In this document: positions 1 to 11,555 of the stretch, in pieces | Position numbering within the stretch: the stretch's first letter is position 1 | How the letters are laid out: each line of letters starts with the position of its first letter | DNA from: Octopus vulgaris | Taxonomy: Eukaryota | Direction: 5' to 3' | Length of the DNA stretch: 64,000 nt | Assembly (NCBI GenBank): GCA_951406725.2 | Contig: OX597819.1 | Location: 105,090,001-105,154,000 of the forward strand | Made by a program: the position numbers and the translations under genes | The notes under the pieces: model-generated | Databases searched by the model: none | What the model saw: the letters and a program-made list of their open reading frames with translations, nothing else | Told to the model about the DNA's origin: nothing

Positions 1-1465
1 ATCAAATATGTTTTTTTGTGTAGACCATTTTAATGTTTCAAATTTTCTGAATCAAAAATAATTTTACAAAAATATAAAATTTTGCTTTTCAATAATTTGA
101 GCTGTGTTTGATTTTTTTATTTAAATTGTTTCTTTAAAAGCACAGGCATACCCCCTTGTTATGGTTCCATTGAAAGACTTGTTTTCCTCACTAACTTCCA
201 TGTTCTGTAACATGGAAGCCAATAAGAAAATGGGTTTTGTCTAAGAGACTTTCATGTTATGACAAAATCTTCAGCAGCACAATGCTTTCGTAAGTTTAGG
301 AGAGGTATTCTTGTATTTATAATGCAACTTGGCTGTTTATAAATATGATTACCTAATGTTGGTAATGTTACAGGAATTATACGATAGCTCTGCAAGTTAG
401 GCACAGGCATTGCTGTATAGACACAGTTGTGACTGTGGTGAAGAAGCTTGCTTCCCAACCATGTGGTCTTGGGTTCCGTCCCACTGTGTGACAGCTTGAG
501 CAACTGTCTTCTACTATAATCTCTAGTTGACATAAGTCTTATAAGTGGATTTGGTTTATGGAAACAGAAAGAAGACTATTATATATGTGTGGGTGTAAAT
601 GTGCACTTGTATACCCTTGTCTTGACATCATATGGCAGTTGTAAGCAAGTATTACCCTTATACAAGCAATGTTGTTCAATTCCAGTCCCCCTTGGAAAAT
701 ATCTGGACATCATCATCATCTTCATCATTTAATGTCTGTTTTCCATGCTGGCATGAGTTGGATGATTTGACTGAAAACTGGTAAGCTGGGGAGCCGCACC
801 AGGTTCCTATTTAATTTGGCATGATTTCTACAGCTGGATGCCCTTCCTAACATCAACCACTCCAAGAGTGTAGTGAGTGCCATTTATGTGATATTGGCAT
901 TGGCCATGACTACAATCTCACTTGGCTTGACAGCTTTTCTCAAGTACAGTATATCGCCAAAGGTCTCAGTCACTTGTTATTGCCTCTGTGGGGCCCAACA
1001 TTCAAAGGGTGTTTTTTACATTGATTCATCCAACTAAAAGTTTTTCAAGATAGTGTCTCAGCGTGGCCACAGTCTAATGACTGAAACAAGTAAAAGATAA
1101 AAAATAAAATATAATCCATTTGGCTTTGCTTTGACAAAGAAGTATCCAAAGGATATCCTGTGGAGGACCCATGGTTTTGTAGCTAGATCAGCTTTCCAAA
1201 TAATGGCTATGTAAGTGCAGATATAGGCTGCATGATTTAGAGGCTCAATTTGCAGCCATGATGTTTTGGGTTCAATCCTGCTGCATAGCATCTTGGAAAA
1301 GTGTTTTCTACTATAGTTTCAGGTTGATCTTGATCTTGTGAGTGGAATTTGAAAACTTCAGATTCCTGGAGTGTAAAAATGTATGATGAAATATGTGGAT
1401 AGTGTCTTTTGCTATAGCCCCAGGTCAACTGAGGCATTGTGAGTTGATCTGGTCAGCAGAAACTC

Positions 1466-1496
<31 letters not shown>

Positions 1497-1499
1497 CTT

Positions 1500-1891
1500 T
1501 TTATTCTTTTATTTGTTTCAGCTATTTGACTGTGACCATGCTGGGGTACTTCCTGAAAAGGTTTTACTTGAAGAAATCAACCCGATCTTGTAAACCTAGT
1601 ACTTATTCTGTCAGTCACTTTTGCCAAACTGCTAAGTTATGGGGATGTAAACACAACAGCATTGGCTGTCAAGTGATAGTGGGAGGACAAACAGACATAA
1701 ACATGCATACACACACACACACATATATATATACACAGCGGGCTTCTTTCAGTTTCCCTCTCCTAAATCCATTCACAAGGCTTTGGTTGGCCTTAGGCTT
1801 TAGTAGAAGACATTTGCCTAAGGTGCCACACAGTGAGACTGAACCCAGAGCCATGTGGTTAGGAAGCAAGCTTCTTACCACGCAGCCATGT
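1500..1891 (-). mobile_element. Same SINE family; other copies or fragments at ~428-580, 13370-13480, 14088-14290, 14473-14643, 16840-17130, 17596-17941, 17970-18330, 38559-38720, 47455-47590, 49680-49890, 63740-63900
   Basis: Reverse complement of the head, body and tail motifs above. Confidence 0.8.
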
Positions 1892-2566
1892 CTTTACATA
1901 TGTATATATAAAGTATATGACAGTGTGTGTGTGTGTGCACATGCATGCTCATATGTGCATTTATAAATGTTTACATTCTGTCATTCACATGAAAATAGCC
2001 AAGCTACAGACAGTGGCATTTGTTGACATTTCTTTGTCTTGAAAGCAAGCTGAATCTCAACTAAGAATAAGGAACTGAAACACATAAGACATTCTATCCA
2101 ATGCTCTAGTGACTCTGTCCATTTGACGCCAGAGAAAATGGTGCACATCATCATCAGTTTAAGCGCCATTTTTCCATGCTTGCATGGCTGAGACCAAATT
2201 TATTAAGGCAGATTTTCTATGGCTGGATGCCCTTCCTGTTGCCAACCCTCATTTACTCCAAAGCAAAGTATCTTCCATGGGAGATCCAAAGTGAACAACA
2301 CTGCATGTATGATGGTGATGCTTGTTTATAACTGTCTTGTGCTGTTGAAAAAATATCACCTTACTGACAGCATCCCTATACACAGCTCTCACAAACTACT
2401 CATTTATCCCTAACTTACATATTAACCACTAGACAAGGGAGCAGGGAACCCTCTCAAAAGCTTTCTATATGTTGACAAAAGCTATATATATATATATATA
2501 TGTCCAACCCATGCTAGCATGGAAAACGGACGCTAAACGATGATGATGATGATATATATATATATA

Positions 2567-2770
2567 CAAGGAGGTGCTGAAAAGTTTCTGGCTTTAAAGG
2601 TATTGCAAAAGAGCTGGTTGTAGGCCCAACCTTTCAAGCTTAGAAAAACTGAAGGACTGCTGCAACAAGAGTGTGAATCTGAGAGGGGAATATGTTGAAT
2701 AGAATCATAATTAACTGATCCTCCTGTATTTTCTTTTACCCAAAGCCAAGAACTTTTCAGAACTTTCTCA
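2567..2770 (+). mobile_element. Tc1/mariner-derived MITE (partial second copy at ~14645-14752)
   Basis: TIR-like GGTGCTGAAAAGTTTCTGGCTTT / AAAGCCAAGAACTTTTCAG in a TA context; internal transposase-end remnant VNLRGEYVE*. Confidence 0.7.
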
Positions 2771-3845
2771 TATATAAGAAAAGGCATAAATAATGGGTAT
2801 TAATATCTATTTGTGTATCTTAGACTTACAGCTCTTTTTGATATGTATTTTAGATGCCTTCATAGTTCCATTTACTCAGTCACAGACTCTGGAGATTATA
2901 GTATTCAAGGTTGCTTAATTTTTCAGTTCATCAATGAACCAATTGAGTAAATGGATCTATGAATGCACCTGTAATGCATATAAGAAACAACTGTAAATTT
3001 ATGATGCACAAATAAATATGCAAAGCCTATTATTTATGCCTTTTCTTGTTTATCATTCTGTGATATATACAATATTAACTGCGGAATGCAGCTGTGGATT
3101 TACTAAGTCAACTGGTAATGAACTTCAACTTTGAATCTTGCCATAAGATTACCTGGAGTTCTATACTAATCTGAAAACCTTTTATTAGCCTGGTATAGTT
3201 GTATTAACAGAGAGCTTGAGAAGTATTTTACGCAGATTGATAATCCTTATTAATAACATACAGATATAGTGAGAATTTACAAAAGAACAAAAGACGAAGA
3301 CAGGTGTGTAAACAACAAACAGATGTGATATATATATATATATATAATTATTACATCAGAGTATCTGCTAGCTAAGAAACACATGTAGCCTGGGTTTTAC
3401 CTGTTCCACTCACTCTATTTGGGTGTGTGTGTGTGTCTGTCTGTGTGTGTGTGTCTGTCTGTGTGTGTGTGTCTGTCTGTGTGTTGTGGTATTTTACTCA
3501 AGAGGCTTCTTCAGTTTCCCCCTTCAAATCCACTTGCAAGGTTTTTGGTTGGCCTGGGGCTATAATAGAAGACACTTTGGGAAATAATCATTTTTACACA
3601 GCAATGCCTGCACCTGAATATAACATGAAGAAAAGTAAAAAAAAAAAGAATCCTTTTTACTGAAAGCACAAGACCTAAAATTTTGGGGGTGAGGTTTTAT
3701 CCATTACAGTGACTCTGGTATTCATTTTATTGACCCCTAGAAGGATGAACCATAATGTCAACCTCGGCAGCATTTGAACTCAGAATATAAAACTGAAAGA
3801 AATGCCACATTTTGTCCAGCTTACAATATTAATTTCTTAAACTAG

Positions 3846-4213
3846 GTGCAGGTATGAGTGTGTGGTAAGAAGCTTGCTTCCAACCACATGATTCCAGGTT
3901 CAGTCCCACTGCATGGCTCCTTGGGCAAGTGTCTATAGCCTCAGGCCGATCAAAGCCTTGTGTGTGGATTTCATAGATGGAAACTGAAAGAAGCCTGTCG
4001 TGTGTGTGTGTGTGTCTGTGTTTGTCCCCACCAACGCTTGACAACCAGTGCTGGTGTGTTTACATCCCTGTAACTTAGCAGTTCAGCAAAAGAGACTGAT
4101 AGAATAAGTACCAGGTTTTTAAAAAATTGTACTGGAGTCGATTCATTTGACTAAAATATTCTCCAAGGTAGTGGCCCAGCATGGCTGCAGCCGAATGACT
4201 GACACATAAAAGA
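3846..4213 (+). mobile_element. Same SINE family, full length
   Basis: Colinear with 15421-15880. Confidence 0.85.
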
Positions 4214-4285
4214 TTTGCACAAAGCTACTTATTTGTCATGGAGGTTTAGTGACATCAGAACAATCAATGGTATTTGATTTATTAA

Positions 4286-4502
4286 CTCTTTAGCATTTAA
4301 ACTGGCCATATCCAGCTGAAATAATCTTCCTGATTTATCTTCAAATTGGCTAGATCCAGCCTCTCACACCTGTCCTATAATGTTAGTCTAAAAAATATAG
4401 TCGCATAATTGAAGTCTCAAAGTTACAAGATAATATGATTAATTCAAAACAATGTGAATAAATAAACATTACATTTGATAAAATAATCTGAATGTTAATG
4501 GG
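4286..4502. mobile_element. TTAA-flanked MITE (piggyBac-like)
   Basis: TTAA|CTCTTTAGCATT ... AATGTTAATGGG|TTAA; an inverted homologue lies at 54949-55166. Confidence 0.7.
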
Positions 4503-6256
4503 TTAAATCTGGAAATCATAAAAATCAGTAGGTTAGGGGTGGTTACTTTTACTGAAATGAGTTAAAAATGAAATCCAACAGAAAAGTCTTTGTATGGCTA
4601 TTCAGATTGCTAGAAGTAGCAACAACCAAACCTCTGTCATGTCACAGCTTGTTGCTTTAAAAAAAGGAAGGACATAGCAGACAATGTACTCCTTGTGATG
4701 CTGAATGGAAAAAAGAAAAAAGATGAGATGGTTACAGCATCTTTAATCTTAGGTCTACTTCTTCAGGGAGCTACAACACAATTACTGAAAATACTGGTAG
4801 AAATAGCAGCTTAATCTATTTTTACATCATTCCTTGCACCGAATATCTTTATTTCCAGGCTTGGTAAGCCCTGCAAGGGCTATAGTCACTATTCATCCTC
4901 AGACTAACTTCTAAAAGACAAAACGACACCCACCACACTTGCCTTGCCCTGCTTTAGGCCCTCAACTACTGATGGCATCATAGAAGTGCCGTTTAGACTT
5001 AGCAGAGCCCATCCCTCTCTAGACCTGACCATTGCCAATTTTTCCTGGGAAAGAGAAGAATCGGTTCCAGAATGGAGTTGATACTTTGTTTATTGGCTCC
5101 AAAAGGATGAGAGGTGAAGTTGACCTCAGTGAGAATTGAAATCAAAGTGCAGAGACTTGAAACAAATACAACAAAGCAATCTATGTGATACCCTAATGTC
5201 TTGGCCAGTTCATTGTCTTACACATAATGCTATTGAGACAATGAGGAGAAAAAATCTGAATTCACTCCAAAGAAAGCAAACAAGGAATGTGGAGAGGAAA
5301 AATGCAAACATGGATAGATTTAGCTACTACTTCTAGCAGTAAATTTAGTAATTGTGTAGAAGCTCCCTGATATTGTTGTATTGCCCTAAGTACTTCTTGA
5401 TGCAGCAAACCCATGATCAAAGGTGCTGTAACCATCTTGTCCCTTTTTCCTCCATTCAGAATAGATTATCTTTTATGACCTTTCTTTTTTAAAGTACCAA
5501 ACTGATTTAAGAGATCTGGTTGCTGCTATTACTAGCAGGCTGAGTATGTAGAGGCTTCTGTGTTTGAAAGACATGTGCAAGACTTGACAATAGCAAACAA
5601 TGGTATTTTCACAAAAATAATTGACATTATAGTGTCAGATGTCAGTTTTTAGATTTAAGAAGTAGCCATCTGGCACTAATAAAACTATTCAAGAATGCAA
5701 TGATTGGTGAAATGATAATTAATAAGATAACATAAATAGATAATGGTGTTTTTGAGGCCTATGTTGAGGTATAATAGTCAATAATAACAAAGATAAATAT
5801 AAAAAGAAAGTGTGTGTGTGTTATATATATATATATATATGTATGTATATATATGCCAGCATGGAAGAAGGACGTTAAATGATAATACATCAACAGTAAA
5901 AAATATCCTTCATGCTAAGACTAAATATACTGGTGTTTTATGGACTTGGAGCTTTGAAATAGTAGACATAAGGAAATATTATATACAGACATGGCTGTGT
6001 GGTAAGAAGCTTGCTTCCCAATCACATGGTAGAATGTACTTCCCTCGTGTGGACATGTATTAAAAATTTCACTTCTGCTGTTCAGGTAGAGAGCATTTGC
6101 CATATTTCATTCCATAACTGCCATCTCTGAAGAGCACAGGGTTACATAATTGGACTGATACCTAAAACTTGATTGAATCTCTCGTGGAAAACTGATCAGT
6201 AAGATTGGCTGTAATGGATATATAATATTGTACACCTTGATTAAAATTATATATTG

Positions 6257-7716
6257 GGATCTTTTCAATTTGATGGCCAGATTTTTTAATTAATTTTTTT
6301 TGACTAAACACTTTGAAACTTCGGATATTGTTAGAATGTGTCACCTAGAACAAGGTTTACTCTTAATATTTTTGACAAAATTTTGTATTTTAGAAGTTAT
6401 TTCATGTTAAAGTTGTCGTATTTGGGTAATTTTAACCAATCAATGATGTGTATTCAGCTGAAGAAAATTACTGCTGCTGTTTGCGAACAACAACTTCCGG
6501 GTTCACTCCCCTAACAAAACCCTTCTTAAATAACCAGAGATGTTTTAATAGCAACACAGATTTGCTGTATCAGGGTTGATTTGAGACTAAATAACATCAA
6601 AATTATTACTGAGACAGACCATCGACAGAGCCTGTATTGGTTGGATGACCTGCTAGAAAAAGTAGCCAAACTTTTTTTATGTACAGAATAGAAAAACCTG
6701 ACACATTCAGCTAGTATCTGCAGTTTCAAACTGTTTAGTTAAAAAAGATTAATTTTAAAATCTTTTAAATTAGACTGACAAGATCTGTGAAACTACTTTC
6801 GTACAACACTGGATATTAGCTATAATATGTACCAAGTTCCCATAACATTTTCTATTTATTTCATACGAAAATCTTAATAAATTACACTAGTCAAGGGAAT
6901 CTCCCTATTTGGAATATGGATACTTGCTTTCTTTCAACTTTTCTTTAACTTTAGCTGCTTCATCATTCAGTGAAGAATATTGTTTTAACCAAAGGATAGC
7001 TCGGATTGTAATGGATCTGTGAGAAAAGGCACTCCAGCCATGACCATTTTGTCTTATTCTTTTCTAGAAGTAATATTAACCTGCATTATTTTTTTCTTGA
7101 AGACGGAAATTTCATTTTTCTTTTTGTCAGGAACTTGAGTGACCAGGTAATAGCTCTCTCATTGCCTCATCTCGTTCCCTTCGTCACTTGTTTAGTCCCG
7201 AGTTAGATCTCATTGAACAGATATGATCAAAGACATCCCAACTGTGTCCATTCTGTCTTTCTTCCCAGACATGATGGACTCTACGTGTATATCACAGGAT
7301 AGAGGTTTTTCTATTCTGTATATAAAAAACGTTTGGCTACTTTTTCTAGCAGGTCATGCAACCAGTAATAATTTTGTTGTTATTTAACCTCAAATCAACC
7401 CTGATACAGCAAACCTATGTTGCTATAAAAACATCTCTGGTTATTAAAGAAGGGCTTTGTTAGGTGAGTGGACCTGGAAGTTGTGTGCAAACAACAGCAG
7501 TAATTTTCTTCAGCTGATTATACATCATTGATTGGTTAAAATTACCCAAATACGACAACTTTAACATGAAATAACTTCTAAAATACAAAATTTTGCCAAA
7601 AACGTTAAGAGTAAACCCTGTTCTATGTGACACATTCTACCAGTATCCGAAGTTTCAGAGTGTTTAGTTTAAAAAAAAATTAATTAAAAGATCTAGTCAT
7701 CAAATTGAAAAGATCC
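6257..7716. mobile_element. GGATCTTTTC-family element with ~270-bp TIRs and ~920-bp internal segment
   Basis: 6257-6527 is the inverted copy of 7447-7716. 8-bp TSD ATATATTG (6249-6256) / ATACATTG (7717-7724). Confidence 0.8.
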
Positions 7717-8599
7717 ATACATTGATATAAACAGCTAGGCGAATTGTGATGCCATAAAAGAAAAATTCAGTTGCCACTAAGGGTGCTAACGCCTACATTG
7801 CTAAAAATAAGTTAGAATACTCTTAATGCCGTAAGAAGGGTGAGGATACACACACGCTGACAGGGGAGGCAACCACTCCATGCAAACTTGAAAATCCCCA
7901 GACAAGACGTCTAGTTTCGCGTTCCACAGACATCGTCAGTGAAGACTACTCGATTGGTCCATGTTCAGCTAATTCTGCCTCTTAGCATATATGTATTTAC
8001 CATAAACATTTATGGATGATTTAGCGGAATGCTAATGCATATACAAAAAATTAATATAAACAGCTAGGCATAATGTGATACCATAAAGGAAAATTTAAAT
8101 CACTAAGGGTGCCATTATTACAAATAAAAACAGACCTCCACTAAGCAGCTCATTTCCACCTCATCACACTGCTCCTGTCGCCATTATAACCACAGATACT
8201 ATTTTATCCTCCTCCCATACTTATCTCGACCGTCGTCATCATCAACACTGTCTCTGCTTTCACCACAATCAGTTTCTTTACACTGTTGAAAATCCATTTT
8301 CCGATACTCATGGGACCAAGATTGTTGCAGATTTTTGATTTTTCTAATTTCGGATTTCTTTATTAAAAAAAAATATAGCATCTACAAAACAGAACAGTTT
8401 GAGGATAGAAACCAGGTCTAAACACAATAGCTTATAGACATGCTCAATGTAATTCTATATAAATCTTTAATTTTTTATACATAAGACCACCAGAAATGTT
8501 AAGATATCAGCCTCTACCCACATTGTCATGCTTTGATTAATAGGTTACAGCATAGATTAGATTACTTAGATAAGTTTTGGCCGAAGTTGACTCAGGCCA

Positions 8600-9045
8600 T
8601 GTCAAATTTGATAGCACCACCTGGAAGAGATACACAGTCAACTCTGGGGAACCGTAGCCCATTCAAGCAGAGGGTTGTTGTTTTCAGAGACATATCTGGG
8701 TGTGGGTGGTTTATCTGATATTTGTTGGGGGTAATCATCTAGGGGTCATTTGAATGCCATGAAATGACTTTCCTCCTTTATGTGTCTGGTACGATGTTGA
8801 AGAGAGCAGGGCCAATTGAGGTGAAATAGTTCTGTCATAGTGTTGTGATACGACATGAACATTTCTGTAGTGGACGGATGGCACAGGAGCCGAGCCTCAG
8901 ACGAATTTTAAAGATGGGCAATGTTGATGGAATATTTTCCCCATCATACAGATGATATAGAGCTCACAGCGGTGGTGGAGGGAGCAAAGCCTGAGCATTT
9001 TGAGTTGATCCCAATAGTCAAGGCTTGTCATGTCATCTTCTGCAG
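8600..9045 (-). pseudogene. CR1/L2-type LINE ORF2 3' fragment
   Basis: Minus strand LDYWDQLKMLRLCSLH (compare YWERLKxLxLYSL) and QNYFTSIGPALFNIVP...FK*PLDDY. Confidence 0.65.
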
Positions 9046-9129
9046 ACCTCCACCAAGCAGTTCATTTTAAGATAGATACGCAAGTAAAATTACTAATAGA
9101 GAAACGAAAATAAACTTTGGAATAAGCAA

Positions 9130-9411
9130 CACCACCATAGGTTACATGGAAACGATGAACATGCTTTCAAGGGAGATAATCAAAGAAAGTAACAATACTT
9201 CATGTAAAGTAAACATAACAAATGAAAAATCTTTCAAGAATCCATAAAAATTCCCGGATCACTACAAAAATTTCATCATCTGTTCCTTGTGTCATTACCA
9301 ACTTTTCTTGCAAGTTTCATCAAATACCGTTCACAACCTTTTGAGTTATTTTGCACACAGACGGACAAACCAACACTAATGAAAACACCACCTCCTTCCT
9401 TGGCGGAGGTA
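9130..9411 (-). mobile_element. Related HINE-like element
   Basis: Minus strand begins TACCTCCGCCAAGGAAGGAGG, followed by GTTTGTCCGTCTG...ATGAAACTTG, typical of HINE 5' ends. Left boundary is approximate. Confidence 0.5.
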
Positions 9412-9859
9412 TGAAATATGTGTAGGTATATATACATGTATGTGTATGTGTGTTTTACTGTTCTGCCTTGACGTCGGACAATGGTTGTGAGTGTTCCTGT
9501 CATGCAATGAGTGTTCTTTGTTTTCAATCTACTACACAGATCATGAGGAAGAGCGCAAGCACCTATGGTTATGTAAACTGATCCTTTAAATACAGGGTCT
9601 GGTGCAACTTGGGACAAATATGTAGGCTTTGGTCAGAAGCAGGGTGAGTGTCTGACGATGACATGTTTTTGACATTTCTCATTCGCCGTTGTTGCTCTAG
9701 CCTCAAAATCGCTTATAAAAGTGAATTTATGTACGAATGTGAGTGTGTGTGAATGTATGTATGTATGTATATGTGTGCGTGTGTGTACGAATGTGTATAT
9801 GCGTATGTATATATATGTACGTGTGTGTGTAGCAGGCAACTTGCCTCCACTCCACTTAC

Positions 9860-9909
9860 CTATTCGGTTGTACAGACAATTTGAAATTCGCGCCACTATT
9901 ACTTTCCAT
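9860..9909 (-). CDS. Candidate first coding exon of an unidentified divergent gene (MESNSGANFKLSVQPN)
   Basis: Minus strand reads CATCC-ATG-GAA...CCG-AAT-AG|GTAAGT, a consensus donor, in unique CpG-retaining sequence. An ETS motif lies upstream at 10225-10231. No homology recognised. Confidence 0.35.
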
Positions 9910-10240
9910 GGATGTTTACTTTCACTCTATCACTATATTGAGTGTTTTTGTTTTCTCGTTCACACAGCACTTTCCAGACAGACCAATCGATTATCGTAAT
10001 TTATGCACAACTGCACGTTATTTCTAATTATCTCTTATAAAATGCTTGGTTTTTGACTGACTAATAGAAATCTTTGCTGTTGACATAGCTCCATAATCCT
10101 ACCGCAAGACTTGCTCTATCATTTCTCCATTTTTTTTTTTTTCTTATACCCTCTCATTCCACAGACGAAGAGAGTCGTAGCTTTGCGTACGCACACACAT
10201 AATAGAAATTTTAAATTCATGCAACGGAAGTGTCCTTCAT

Positions 10241-10280
<40 letters not shown>

Positions 10281-10929
10281 TCACACACATTGCATAAACA
10301 ATTTACCATACATGTGCATTCCCATGGAATAGAGTCAGAAAATATCTAGTGTGCCCCAACCCGTAGTTTCTTCGGTTATGTATTTTTCGGTCACACTAAG
10401 TAATTTTCGACTCTATTCCTCGGGTTTTCACAACCAGAATAATTATATTTGGCAGAATTTATTGACTATCTTTAATCTCCATCTATATAGGAATCTTCAT
10501 TATTCTTGAATGACCTGACGTATTGCTGGCCTGAACAATTTTAGGTATCTTTACTGTGCTTTGAATGAGGTCGACAAAATCTAATTATTCTATATGTATA
10601 TTATATTTTATGTTATTGAAGCAATGATGTCAGTTGTCTGACTTTTCATGATCAGATGTTCACCAATGATCTGTTGCTTTCATTAAGCATTCCCAAGAGA
10701 ATATTATATTTATTTCTAACAGGTGGGTGAACTGAGTTACAAGAATAGAATATCCTGTCTAGAAACAACGAAATGCCTGTACCCATATTTGAACAAACTG
10801 CTTTATTCCTCCGGACAGTTCATCCCCACGCAAGAAGCGCACACAGCAAATGGCCGAGGAATGTTCGCAAAGACAAAATAGTGATCGAATAGTTAACAAA
10901 ATAGTTATTAGAAAGAAAAGAAAAAACAG

Positions 10930-11555
10930 TCATTAAAATGAGTGTTACAACTGAAAGAAAGCCAATTGAACAGACACTAAAGATAATATACTTGGGATAT
11001 GCGCAATGAAAAAATGAGAAATGTGATGCAGAAATCAGGATTGAAATAACGAAAAAGTCGTTTGAGAAAATGTCAAACACAAACTCGAAAAACATTAATA
11101 TCAAAACCAGAAGATTAAGATGTTACGCATTGTCTACTCTACTATATGGAGCTGAAATATAGACATTAACAAAAGTACTATCAAAGAGATTACAAGTCTT
11201 TGAGATTTGGGTATATAAGAAGACTTTTGAGAATATCATGAAGAAAACATAAAACCAATGACGAAGCACTAAAATGATTAAAACTAAGAATATTTTATTA
11301 GAGCCCATCAAAGAGAGAAAACTAAAATATATTTGACATTTAATCAGAAAGAAATTATTTATAGTCATTGTTGATAGACTGGAAAACGAATGAGAAGAGA
11401 ACAATACGAAAACCTAGAATTTACGTAGACGGAAAATATCAAAAATTAGACAAGACTTAAAATACAGAGAATGTGTAAGGACAGCTGAAGAATGGTTAAG
11501 GTGGCTATTCAGAGCGTTTAACCTGCTGAGAGCAAACGATATCTGATGAAGATGA
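10930..11555 (+). pseudogene. RTE-clade LINE 3' fragment (decayed RT C-terminus)
   Basis: Frameshifted YLG..KCDAEIRIEITKKSFEKM...TRRLRCYALSTLLYGAEI*TLTK..KRLQVFEIW resembles RTE LLYGCETWTL..LEAFEMW; TGATGAAGATGA tail. Confidence 0.8.

Noticed and set aside
2829-2968. Minus-strand segment with good acceptor and GTAAGT donor
   Set aside because: Stops in all three frames; could only be a non-coding exon and there is no further support.
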